Below are positions 47,423 through 59,960 of a stretch of DNA of 64,000 bases, piece by piece. Within the stretch, counting starts at the first letter, position 1, and each line of letters opens with the position of its first letter. The stretch is from contig MCFE01000084.1 of NCBI GenBank assembly GCA_002104905.1, forward strand, positions 62,001-126,000, read 5' to 3'. The notes under the pieces were generated by a model. That model was not told the origin of the DNA. It did no database searches and worked only from the letters and a program-made list of their open reading frames with translations. The translations under genes were made by a program, and so were the position numbers. Origin of the DNA: Basidiobolus meristosporus CBS 931.73 (Eukaryota > Fungi > Basidiobolomycota).

Positions 47423-48470
47423 TTAGAAGAAGTTGATTGGGAACTTAATGTAACTCTTGCCGTCCAGCTCTGGTTCAGGCATTTTCCCAGCAATCGCGTT
47501 GATCTGCAAGCTTGGTAGCATGAGCTTGGGAAGATCCAATCCGTCATCACGAGACTTGCGGAATTTGATGAACTCCTCCTTGGTGGTGTTCCTGTTGAGA
47601 TGGATGTTCTTCTCCATTTGCTCGGCGATGGTGGTGGAGTACAGGGGCAGCTCATTCTCGCGATACTGGGGTGGGTAATCGTGGCACACGAACATCGTGG
47701 TGTTGGGCGAGAGCGTGAAGAATTTCTTCACCACGGTATCGTACAACTGCTCCGCAGAACCTCCGGGGAAGTCGCATCTGGCTGTGCCAACATCGGGCAT
47801 GAACATGGTGTCTCCAGCGAAAAGACAGTCCTTCACTTTGTAGGAGATGGAGTCGGGGGTGTGGCCAGGTGTGTGAAGTACCTGGATCGTCTGTTCACCG
47901 ATTTTGATTTCCTGCTCGTCGGCCAATAAATGATCGAATTGAGAGCCGTCGTGATCCAAACGCACCGGGTTGAAGAATTTGTTCACTCGCTTTTGGACTA
48001 CTTTGACATGCTCGCCAATTGCCGTTTTGGAATTGGGAAGCTCTTTCTTCAGATACTCTAGGCCTGGTCGGGCAGGAAGGCTTAGTCGAGGCAACACACG
48101 AAAAGTCCAATTAAGCTTGTAACTAACCTGAAAGATGATCCGCATGAACGTGGGTGTCAAGTAACCACTTGGCGTTCAGTCCCTCCGATTTTATGAATTT
48201 TATAATGTCATCGAGCGGCTTAGGGGAAATACGCCCCGAGATGGTGTCATAGTCGACACAGGGATCCAGAATGGCGCACTCTGAGCTTTTCTCGTCAGCA
48301 ATGATGTATGTGAATGTCCACGAGGGCTTATGAAAGAATGGCACGACTAAAGGGGACGATTGGTTCGCTCTCGCAGCAGCTGGGAGTGAGCTTGAAGCCA
48401 TCTGACGTACATATCTTGGGGCGCATTTAAACTGGCGACCGATGTTTCTGCTGGTTAGGGACTTGAACAT
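47423..48470 (-). CDS. Persulfide (sulfur) dioxygenase, metallo-beta-lactamase fold, type-II/SdoA-like, with a predicted mitochondrial presequence; 2 exons (48470-48128, 48063-47423), 327 aa
   Basis: HVHADH, HTPGHTPD, GDTMFMPDVGTARCDFPGG, CHDY, YIKFPIN. Arg/Ser-rich N-terminus without acidic residues (MFKSLTSRNIGRQFKCAPRYVRQM). 64-bp GT-AG intron. Confidence 0.92.
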
Positions 48471-49699
48471 CTTTAAGATAAAGAACAGTGAGCTTGAGAA
48501 TGTGTTTATAACGGGAGAGAGAATCGATCGAGGTATATATAGCGAACTTGGGTGTGGGCTGGGTAAACCTTCCCGTTTCCCAACCATATTAAGAGGTAGA
48601 GATACTGAAATTGGAATCCATCCTTTGAAACCCGTACATAGAAGTTTAAAGCTGTACTACCGCTTCGGGAACCTCCTCTCTCGTGGTGTGGTGTATATTT
48701 TATTGTTTGGTTTTGGAAATCGGGTCGTTCTGCCTGATGTGAGAGATTCAGTGATGCAAGTTTTACCGTGACTAGACAGGATATTCCCCACCTTAATGTT
48801 GTTACACGCAGGATTCCCTCTGGCGCCATTGGTCAGTGGAAAAGTGCGCAATATTATGTCTGTTACGCAAAGTCTCTTAGCCTCTAGACCAAACAATCGT
48901 GAGAAACCATTGGGCAATCCAGCTCTAAATACCATTAGCAAACTTTGTAAATCGGGTTGGCCGCACAAAGTTCGGAATTGCGGGGAAACCTCAAGTGTTT
49001 GGATGTTAGTAGGCAGTATAGTGCAACTGGCACGCTCGTTCCATGAGCCATCCCTCTTCGGACGCATATCGATTGACTCATACCTGAGGAATCCGCGGAT
49101 TTCCTTTTCAACATCCTCCGTGGAATGTGGCTAGATCCTGACTTAAATGGGTAATTGGAGGGAAATTTCATTTCGGGTGTCTGAGTGAACTGAATACATC
49201 CTTTTAGTTTGGTCTGCCGGATTTGCTCGCCACCAGATATCATAACAGTTCCCAGTCACTTCCAAATGGAAATCAAGGCGGAGGCCTATGTGGGGTGAGG
49301 CTGGGATAAGCCCGGATTTTTTGAATGAACAGACCATATGAGCTACATTCATATATGCTGTCATAATTGATGGAAGGCAATTTTATCATAGGGCGAGTAT
49401 TCGTAATGTTCTTCAAGCAGATATGCGAATGTATTGATGTAACATAGGTGGAATCAGTGTATTATTGGTACAGATATCTATGGACAATAATAACCTGCAT
49501 AACTTGACGCATCTCCAATATCTGAAAGACCAAATGTAATCTTAATCATTTTACATGTCAGCTGACCAGTGGCTAATCTTAGTATCCTTACTGATTAAGC
49601 AGGATATCCAAGTGATGGATAATGCTGCTGATATCAACACAATTATAAATATGACCTTTGAGTATCAGGATTCCTATCAATCAGGTGCCACACTATCTG

Positions 49700-51580
49700 C
49701 ACTAATCAAGGACCACAAAGTAACTCAGTTGCTTTCTTGAGTCCAATAAGTTTGCTCTTCTACAATCAAGAAAGGTGTATCCTGTGGTGGATCTGCTTTC
49801 TTCTAAGTTTCTTCCTCAATCTGTATCTGAGTGTCCTAAAAGATCCTGTGGTAAATATTTATAGGCCTACTTTAAGCAGATATCAGCAGCTTGTTTTAAG
49901 TATCTAAAATCTGCTTAACTGTTCCAATATGATAAGATCCATAGTTTTGATTATGCTGACTATCTACTATCAGTCAATAAGAAGTATCTGGTAGTGTTCC
50001 TACCATAATATAAATCAGACTACCTGCTATAGATTGATACATGAAGTCCGGGCTTTCAGGTGGTACCAAACTCTCTTGATGTGGTGGATTTTTGACCAAG
50101 TTAAGTTTGTCTTTGTTGTGATAGCTCCCTGTTTATAGCCTTCCATTTGGTACTTCTTAAGTATAGCTTGGGTATACTTTGACTGGCTTGAGGTGATGAT
50201 ATGGGCACTTCAGTTCATGGAGAAATGTATCCCTAAGCTGTGACTGAGCTCTTCTAGGTTGGACTTAATGAGCTGCATAAGTGGGCTGCATTTAGTCACT
50301 TCCTGTGTTTATTGGTTGTTGGTGGCTATGATAAGACCATCTATATATCAAGCTAATAGACCCATATCTGTTGTAAGAGTTTTGGAGATATTGGAAGCAA
50401 TTAGGTGATCAATTAGATATGTAGTTTTCACTTTTTGATTTATTGAATGCAAAAGCAATATTTATACTTTTACATAGTTTTGCAAAATAAGCACAAAGAA
50501 TATGCTAAGGAAGGTCCCAAGTGATGTAAAGATCCATAGTTACACCTAAATATCCATATAACTTGGCTACTTGGCTTTTACTTCAATATATTCACTAAAG
50601 CATCAGCTACCCAGTACATATGATACCTTTGAGTTGTCCAAACAGCCCCAATCTTGGCACACATGCTCTTGAGACCGTCCTAGACATATTTTATGTATTT
50701 GTCTTGCTAAGACCATCCAAGAGTAAAATCACTACTTTGACATACAATAAATCATCAGGTGAAATCCATATGATCTACTATTTGCCCAATCACTTCCAAG
50801 ATCTCCAAAACTCTTACAATAGGTTACCAGCCCCAAGCTGTCACTGTCTGCATTCTCAACTACTGCTGTTACCAGAATGTTCCCTCTGCTGAAAGGTTAG
50901 ATGGATTTAACTACTAAGTCTGAAAGGTGTAGATGAAGATGCTGCCACAGCAAAGAGATCTTTGGATATTGTTAAGGGTTAGGATTGCCCTTGTAAAAGT
51001 GTAAGAGAAGAAGGGTTCAACTACCAAATAGGAGAAGAAATAAAAATTCCAATTAGCAGTTTTTTCCTGCCTGTTAAACAAAATCACTATGTGGATGAAC
51101 AAACCACTGATTAAGAAGCAATAGTTACCCTCTTGAATAGCCTAACAGACATTTTTCAGGGCCTTGTATCAGCCCTAGAGCTCAGAACTGAAGATTTGAG
51201 CTATATTCCACATATGGAAGGCTCCTGGATCAAAAATTGAGAAAATCAAGCACTAATCAGAAGCAAGAAGAAAATGCTTTTTCAAGCAATGATGACAACT
51301 AAAAAAGGTGCTGAAGACCCTTTATAGGCAACAGCAAACTATCTGGCAGCTACTGCAAAAGGAAAGGATACACATCAGACTGGTGCTTCAAGAAGAGAGA
51401 TACTGATTAGAAAGAGCCTGACTATGGAAATACTGCAACAACTGAGGATAGACTATCTATATCTGCAATGAATATGACCCCAAACAAGTACTCTTAGATA
51501 TGAATTTCAGTATAGTGATATTCCAATTAAAAGGGTTTCATAGGTAGCAATAGAACACTTGAGGAAGTTGGATAGGGAAC
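49700..51580. mobile_element. Copia-family debris: RT fragment (minus, about 49700-50340), partial LTR (minus, 50369-about 50525), LTR+PBS+gag fragment (plus, about 50530-51580)
   Basis: Similar to the intact Copia (ACCAAACTCTCTTGAT; TGTTGTAAGAG; CTCTTACAATA-GGTTACCAGCCCCAAGCTGTCAC; CTACTGCAAAAGGAAAGGA). Confidence 0.85.
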
Positions 51581-51589
51581 CTCCCAAGC

Positions 51590-54500
51590 AGGACACATTG
51601 TTTGTCTACATCTGGGGAATATATTTTGTCATTGTCCAGATACACAAGAGCACATTTCCATTGGAGATTTCCCAATACTTTATCAATCATCCTTTGGAGC
51701 ATAGCAGGGCATTGCACAAGCCATAAGGAAATCTTTTCTGCTTGTATAATCTAAATGGTATTATGAAAGCAGTCTTGGGGTGATCATCTGGGGCTACTTT
51801 TACTTACCAATATCTGGAGATTAAGCTGAGAGAACTAAAATATTTAGCCCCAACAAACCTCTTGAGGAGGCCATCTATTGATGATAATGAATGTATGCCC
51901 ATCCAAGTGATGGCATCCAATTTCTAAAAGCCAATATGAGAATGTCACTTTCTGTCCTTCTTTGGTACTATCACTATGGGGAGGCCTACAGAGAGTGGCT
52001 TTATATGATGATGTCATCCTTTAATAAAGCTTCAATTTTTGCTTAGATATAGTTGTGTTACTTTTATATGGAGGGTAATTGTATCTTCCACAGACAGGTT
52101 TATCCAAATAGCTGAACTAGTGCACTTATCCATATTTTATCTAATCAGCATTATACTGTTGTTTGTTGCTCATGTTGTCAATATTATCCTCATATGATAT
52201 TCCCCCTGTTTATTTATTGGCATTAGCTATCCCAAATATTATTTGGCTATGGGATCAGCAGATGTATTTGCATTAGGCAAGTACCTGCATCAGTACCTGT
52301 GACATATGACCTAAGTCTGTGGTACCATTACAATCATATCAATACCATATAAGGTATCTCTATGTTGCACAGGCTTTAAAATACTGATTGTTGACTATGT
52401 GGATATGCTGTGGCTTTAGGACCTTCTAGGACCTTCTTAGAATATTTTTAGCTCATAGTGATGTCATCAAGAGTTCTACTTATGCCTGGTATCCTCCTGA
52501 ACCCTGTCATTGGTGACCACTTGGCAGTTGGGAAAGGTACTTAAGGGAAGTTAATATCTCATCAATCAGTCATCCCTTCTATCAGCAACACATTCCACAT
52601 ATTGACTAGTAGATGATCACTGCACCTACCTTTGGCAGTTACACCTTGGACTTACCATTAAGGAGCATTTCAGGGTAGTGCACAAGATGTGCAGAGGCCT
52701 TTGGAGTCACTTGAAGCACCTAGGAAGCTAGAGAAGCAGGAGCTTCTATCAGAGTGATATATTGATAGAGACACCAACAGTTTAGACCCAGAGGTTATTG
52801 CACCCATCAGACACCTCACACACCTTGAGTTGTGCAGCTTCTGTTGGGAGTACTGCTCCACTACCACTGTGCAGGTGGTAGACTGGGGCTCACTTCCAAC
52901 TCAGGGAGCTCCTCTTCTTGTCCCTTGCTTGTAGGTGGCCCTTGGTTATTTCTCTTAACTTCTAATATTTTACAATGGGACTTATGTGGGCAGTATCACC
53001 ATGCTTTTCTGCTGTTAATCACTGTTCATTTTAAGCTTTGTACTTCAATTTTGGTGGTACCCATACTCTAGGAATTAAGATTCCTTCTAGATGGTTGGAT
53101 ACCTTTGTTGCAGTTATCATTCTTTCATTTGTCAAATATGCTGCTGGTATCTCTAATGAGATCACAGTCTCACCGGCAGATGCTATTTTCATCACATTTT
53201 GTGCTATGACTGGAGACTGTGATGGTTCTGCCTCTTCAATCCTTACACTGTTATTGCATGTCTTGGTTTCATAGGTGATATGAGTTAGTGGGATACTCTT
53301 GATATCCCACCTGAGTTCAGATGCACTGTAGAGTATGTCCATGTTATGTTGAATAAACCAACTCTGACCAATAAGTAAGTCATTGGTGGCAATGTGTAGT
53401 ATCACAACACCTTGGTATAATCAGGTTACCTAGCTAGTTGGGGCAATTAAGCACCACACCCACACTTGTGTCTAATTGATCATTTACTATCCTTAGGCAT
53501 ATGGTGTTGTTGGGGACAATAGACTTGTTCCATTGTGCCATTGATCATAGTGCCAGAAAGTGCTGTATATTTTGTTATTAATTTGATATTTTAGGGTCAT
53601 ATGCATGTCAATTTTGATCCCAAATTGGCACTGTATGGCACCATCTGGCACTCTGTGGCATGATCCAGCACCATCTGGCATGCTATGGCACTATTGGGCA
53701 CTATGATCAGCTGGAATGATGGAACAAGTCTAATATCCAGCTTTGAATGTTTTACTGATAATTCTGACATTATCAATATGTAGGATCTTGTGTCACTGAG
53801 GATAAGAATATCCTGATTCTCAATATGCACCTTTATTTATGTATTCTTGTTTGGGCTCTGTAGGACCATCTGGTTGACATGAAGGGTTGTGATCTCCATC
53901 AGTCCCTCTAACAGCTCTTTGACTAGGGCCAGGGCAAGTCCCAGCAAATTGGTTATTGAGAGGATCACCTTGGTTTGCTCCAGCACCTTAGTTATAGGGA
54001 GCAGGCCATGGGAGGGAGAACTGGTATTCTTTATTTGCTTTAATACCTCTTCACCTACTTTCACATTCTTTGTTTTAGCAGAACCTCTACTGCAGGTTTG
54101 ATTGTGTCTTCTCTAGAAGCATTGTGTTGACACTTCTTCAGCACTACAACCATTCTAACAAGAGGGCTTAAATTGGTTGAGTCCTATTAGCTTTCTGGTA
54201 AGGGATTCTGACTTTTGATGCCCTCTGCTCCTTTGCATCCAATATGGGGTCTTGTCCATATATTTTTCACATTTTTGGGCCCAGTAGCATACATACAAAT
54301 AACACAGATACTGTTGTTTTGGGTGCTCCATCTGTTGGGTAAGAGCTTGTACCTGAGCCTTAAGCTCTATGACAGCTTCCCAGAGCTATTACCTTCATTG
54401 TGGACTTCCTGTATATTAGTGATCAAGAGTTCTTGGACATTTTGTTGTAGTTCCTCATGCTCTCAGTCCAGAGGGGAGGGAATTTTGACATTTTTAGAGG

Positions 54501-55200
54501 GGAACCCTATTCTTTGATTACTTGTATCACTATGGGGTAGCTTTCATAGCATGATGACCTCTCTTACTTGTTTGACCAGCTCCTGCAATGTTTTACATCC
54601 CTGTTGCACTTTGGATGCCCTACATCTTATTTTGCTGATTAAGCCCATGAAACTTTATGCGCTGTTGTTTGGTAATTTCATCCCTTGGGAGACACCTAAC
54701 TTGTTAGAGAAATTGTTTAGTGTAGGCTTTGTAGCTCTCACTGCTTTTCTTTTGTAAGGATAGTAAAAGGGCTTCATAGTGGTATCCTTTGGCATAGAGA
54801 AAGCACATCTTGTAGGCCTCTTTAATTGCATCTTGCAGCCTATAATGCCATTGCCATGCTGACCCTTCCATATGATTTGCAAGCTCCCTTACTTTCTTAT
54901 TGTTGTCCCCTCCTGCATAAGTTACAACCTTGTCAGACTTATCAAACCACTCAAGGTCTTTCTCCCTCTTCCCCTTGTATATATTTAGTTTGATTGCAGT
55001 AGTCTTTAACTCATTTGTGCTATTTCCACTGAGATGACACCAAGTGTGTGGGCTATTACTGACTGTACTTGGTTGTTGGGAGAACTTATAGGTCAAGTCA
55101 GTACCACTTAGTCCAGAATAGCTTCCAATAGAAGGTTGCAAGAAAACAATGATCTATGCTTACTACTTCAAAATCAGTCTCCTTTTACAACTTTACTCAA
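51590..55200 (-). mobile_element. Degenerate Ty3/Gypsy element (Gypsy-3; boundaries approximate)
   Basis: gag-like (54704-55141, LEWFDK..MEGSAWQWH), protease-like DLLIGQSW (53031-53405), RT remnant KVAPDDHPKTAF..FPYGLCNA..LVYLD (about 51590-51820). Confidence 0.75.
53521..53731. mobile_element. 211-bp MITE sharing termini with the foldback family, copy C
   Basis: AGACTTGTTCCA...TGGAACAAGTCT, AAT on both flanks (53518-20, 53732-34), eight 10-bp units nearly all ending GGCA. Confidence 0.88.
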
Positions 55201-55278
55201 CAGATTTATATATCTCCCTGAAAGGGGCTTAGGTGATAGATAATGTGTTAGAAAATAGGGGTGTGAGCAACTTCTTGA

Positions 55279-55627
55279 TGTTGCTATATTCTGAGGAGTA
55301 TTGAAAGTGATGTGGAGAACTATGGGATTTATGTTTTATTCACTTGTAGATACATTGATCAAAAGTATGGTATTTATACTTTTGATAAAGTAGAGCAAAC
55401 AAATGTGAAGAGTTTGTTAAAGAAGGTCTCAAGAATATGTGTGCAAGTTTTGGGGGGTTTTGGACAACTTTGAGAAAGATCATATTGGGGGTACCTGATA
55501 ATTTCATGAAACTATTCCAAGTAAATCCATACAAGAAATTTGGTCAGGGCAGAATGCTAATCAAAGAATAAGATCTATGTGACTAAGTTAGCGTGAATAT
55601 TCAGGTGACAACTTAACAATTACAACA
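55279..55627 (-). repeat. Old LTR of the intact-Copia family
   Basis: TGTTG...TTACAACA, diverged reverse-complement match to the 350-bp LTR. Confidence 0.8.
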
Positions 55628-55759
55628 CTAACTAGGTAGGAGCAACAACAGGAGGGGGATGTGTAGGGGAATTATAGGGAGGATACAGGGGAATTTGGGA
55701 TAGGACTCTGAGCAAAACTCAAGGGTGAGGAGTGGGTACTACATCTAGTACTCACACAG

Positions 55760-56428
55760 CCATTGTTGCAGCTACTGCAAAAGGAAAGGACACACATCAG
55801 ACTGGTGCATAAAAAAGAGAGATAATCAGCAGAAAAAGTCTGAATATGGAAATGCTGCAACAACTGAAGATAGACTATTCATATCTGTACTAAATATGCC
55901 TATAAACAAGGACTTCCAGATGTGGGATATTAATTCTGGAGCATTTTCACACTTTACACACAAAAAAGAGCTTTGTATCTAATATCAAGAAATTCCAATT
56001 AAGAAGGTTTTCATGGGTGACAATGGAACACTTGATGCAGTTGGAGAGATAGCTATCCAAGTAAACTTCAGAAGTAGTGAAGGATGTTGTAAGAGTCTTG
56101 GAGATGTTGGAACTTATTGGGAGAACAAGTAGCTTTTGTGGTTTTCACTTAATGATTTATTAAATGTAAAAGAAGTATTTATATTTTTACATGTTTTGGC
56201 AAATAAACACACAAAATGTATTGAGGAAGGTCCCAAGAACATGTGTGCAAAGTTTGGGGCTGGTTGAACAACCAAGAATGCTTCACCAAAATACCAGTTA
56301 CCCAGGAAATGAAATATTTTGAAGTAAATCCAACAAAGAATTTGGTCAGAATTCTTCAAGATTTGTAGACCATAACCTAAGCGACAAAGTTGAGTGAATA
56401 TTTAGGTATGACTACAAAACTTACAACC
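55760..56428. mobile_element. Copia gag-knuckle/protease fragment (plus, about 55760-56084) followed by an LTR (minus, 56085-56428)
   Basis: CSYCKRKGHTSDWC knuckle and GGAAATGCTGCAACAACTGAAGATAGACTATTC as in the intact element, then TGTTGTAAGAGTCTTGGAG...TTACAAC. Confidence 0.87.
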
Positions 56429-59005
56429 GTTGGGACATCCTTGGTTCAGTTAATTTCTCACCAATTCCATGATTTATACCAGGAAATCCAGGAATACTTA
56501 TTAGCACAGACATCTATGCCTAGTTTATGTTTGACACTACGGCAATTTTCTGATCACTTATGATATTTTCGAATTATCATTATACTCCGTTTCCTAAGCA
56601 TATAGTTGCAATCCTGCACCTAAACTCAACGATATTATGGACCAAGGATGGTACCGCATGAAAGCAATATTTCACTAGACCTTGTTTTCGTTTCAAGCCT
56701 GGCTGAAATTCTTGCTGCAATGTAAACTGTACTGAATAATTTCTGGCCAAAACAAGCCTGCATTGACGTTGTATTCCACTTGATGGGCAGATTTGCTGCT
56801 ATGGGGATATTATTGAGTAGGTCTAATAGGAACGCTGCATATACCTAGGCCACCAGTTCTGGCCCTAGGCACATTTCCAATTTCTTGCACAACCCCTCCA
56901 AATCGAGGTCAGCTTGAGAGAAGTTTGCGATTGATGAGAGAACTGCAGTATTTATCCGAATGCTTAATACTTGCAATCCAATCTCCCAAACATATCTTAC
57001 GCATCTTGGCTGTTATCAAAGCGAGGAAAGATCCATCGAGGAAGCTAATATCTGCTGCGCAAGCCAATAGGCCCGGTTTCAACAGAGGGCATCCCATCCA
57101 TCGGTCGACTCCCCAGGTGATGAAAGTGATTAGTAGCTAGTTAGTCAATTGCGATTTCTGTTCTATCCGGAAAGCAGTGCGCAACATTGTCCTCGCGATT
57201 CCAGCGAATCTTGGGCCAGGGCGGATATTCCATAATATTGACTGGAGCACAAACACTGGATTTCTGGAAGGGAAGCCAATAGGAAGGCTTCGTCGGCTCC
57301 GATTTCTTGGAACACTCTCGAAACCCCAACCAATTCAAGCTGCCATGATGGCTTGGAGATGGCCCTCAATTTTCACCCGGACGCCAACTGTCTTTGAATT
57401 CTTGGCATGGTGAAAGGCTGTCTCGAATAAATAATGATTGTCGTATGTATATGTAAAGTACCCCAGCGAAGCTGCTCAGGAACTATTTCCAACCATGAAT
57501 AGTCCACCGCTAATGGACAAAGAATGGATCGACGGTAGGCGGCTTCAGTACCCCTTGTTCAGCCGAGTCAATACATCAACCTACTCTTTGATTGGTCTGC
57601 GATTAATCAGCTATGGTGGTTTCATCACACAAGGATGTGTTAAACAGAATGCCGGGTATGTGAGTGTGGGCTGGCTATGGTGTATTGTATTGAAATTGTC
57701 AGCTCCTGACAATTCACGGCCTTCCCCAAGAGTTTCCATAGCTAAATTGATTCTTTGATAATCATGTGCAATCACGAGCGTAAATTGTTGATTAGCCCAC
57801 TATGCCGAAGCAACCGACAATGGTTCCTTAACGAGTGGCTGAACCTCGTCGTTCTCGCTAGACAATACATCATTTTCTGGAGACGCCATGTATATTGACA
57901 TAAGCATCATGGCACAGGAGTGGCAACATATGTGGTATTAATTAGATGGGCCACACAGCGTTATTCCAGCTTGAGAGAACGCGATAAGCATACATAATCA
58001 GGTGTCGATAAGATCCTCCCCCTTCTACTGCCCGCCTACTTAGTGTACCGTATCCGAGCTAATTCACCATGATTTGGTTAAATGAGCCAACAAAACACAG
58101 TTGGTGCTACCAAGGAAATCTTGAGCGCCATCAATCCACTCATCGCCCTTCTATTCTTGGAATCATCCATATTATCTTTCTGCACAATAACCTCGCCATC
58201 CAGTCGTAACTAATACTAATCTGACCCGAAATACGTAAATCGGATCCATTGGCCTGAGGATTCAAGGTATCAAGCAGTTCTTTGATGGACAGGCCATTCA
58301 TGGCTGTACTTTGCTCAGCTCTAAGTCGCCCTTAATAGGTGATGTGATAGTCTAGTGCTCTCGGTCTTTTTCGGGAACGTAGCCGATTGAATGGACGTTT
58401 ATCCTGTGTTACAAATGACTGCTTATGGGGACGATTGGTTGGTGCTTCTTGATTAATGGGTTTGGCTGCCGAAAAACAAAATACCCAGCAAATACATTGA
58501 TCCGAACTGGCTACACCTGCAAGTGGTGCCAAATTCTTGCAGGTCCACGAATCCATGCCCGTCAGGCGCTCCGGATAGACAGTGAAAATAATCTACAAGT
58601 GGGCTTTGGAGGGCGATGTACTGTCAATACGTGTATATGTGTAAGCTCTTCTCTACAACGAAACAACGGAATGGCGGTTCTTTTCGGTCACTGAAAGCAT
58701 GTGAAAAATGGGTATAAATTAACGGGTGTACTACATGTTCAGGCTATGAGTACCTGCCATGGAAATTGAGTATCTGGCCAGGGATGAAATCATAAGTCGT
58801 GGAAAACATGGTCTCTTCCAAATGGACACTTTCATTGGACGGAAATTAGCGAAATGAGCAACTCCGGAGTTTTCGGCGGGCACTATGTAGAGTGATTCGT
58901 CGATCATTTCGGATTAGAGTTTGAAATCATAAAATACGAGCTCACCTACAAACGTACTGACACTTTAACTGTTTAACCCCAACTTCCTTTAATTCCTTTT
59001 TCGAG

Positions 59006-59960
59006 ATGAGCGAGGCCATTGCAGCAGATTCTCCCCATTCCTACTACCTCCAGATAGGAATCATACTACTAGTTTTATTTACCGCTTACCGAGTGTTCAA
59101 TTTCTATGTCAAGGCCGCGATCGCACTGGTATGGGTGTTCGTCCTCTCTCTTTACGGGTGTTTTGCCGCCTTCTTCTGCGCTGCTGTTGGAAGACGTGCT
59201 ATGACTAACTGGCTTGTCGCCAGAGGCTTTGCTTATTGCGCCGCCCCTTGTGTTGGCATCACGTTTGAAGTGGAGGGTGAGGAATATCTTAATAAGGGCC
59301 CTGCAATTGTTATCTGTAATCATCAAGCCTCGATGGATGTGTTGATTATGGGACGTATCTTCCCCAAAGACTGTGTAGTGATGTCCAAGGAATCCTTGAA
59401 ATATGTGCCTTTCCTTGGTAACTTTAGTAAGTGTCTGTTAACTTACCATCAATCATAGCAGCCTGTTTCTTACCTGGTACTTTGACAGTGAGACTAGCAG
59501 CCGCCGTTTTTATTGATCGCAAGAACCACGAGAGCGCCCTTCGCACCACTCAGAACGCAGTCGAGTTTATCAAACAGAACAAGCTCAGCCTTTGGATTTT
59601 CCCCGAAGGTACCCGCAGTCGCTTAGACAAATGTGATCTTTTGCCATTCAAAAAGGGGGCCTTCCATCTTGCTCTGCAGGCCAAGTACCCTATCATCCCA
59701 ATCGTCATCGCCAACTACTCCGATGTCTACAATAGTCGTACCAAGAAATGGCCAGGTGGCTCTGTGAAGATCAAGGGTATGGCCATCCATTTCCATCATA
59801 TGCATATAGTACATGCTCATTCATATTGCGATGTATAGTTTTGCCTCCTGTCTCCACTCAAGAATACACACCCGAGAGCGTTGGTGAGCTCGTAGATCAT
59901 ACCCGTGGTATCATGCTCGAGACTCTGAAGGAGATCTCCAAGGATTCCAAAACCGAGTAA
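59006..59960 (+). CDS. SLC1: 1-acyl-sn-glycerol-3-phosphate acyltransferase (LPAAT), 3 exons (59006-59426, 59489-59776, 59839-59960), 276 aa
   Basis: PlsC motifs NHQASMD, FIDR, FPEGTRS, PFKKGAF, PIIPIV. Two 62-bp GT-AG introns. The exon sum is 831. Confidence 0.94.

Noticed and set aside
47457-47929. Plus-strand ORFs opposite the dioxygenase (likewise those opposite the MFS, LRR and Copia ORFs)
   Set aside because: They are antisense shadows of real coding sequence.
53611-53700. CRISPR-like array
   Set aside because: 10-bp units with no unique spacers, inside a eukaryotic MITE.
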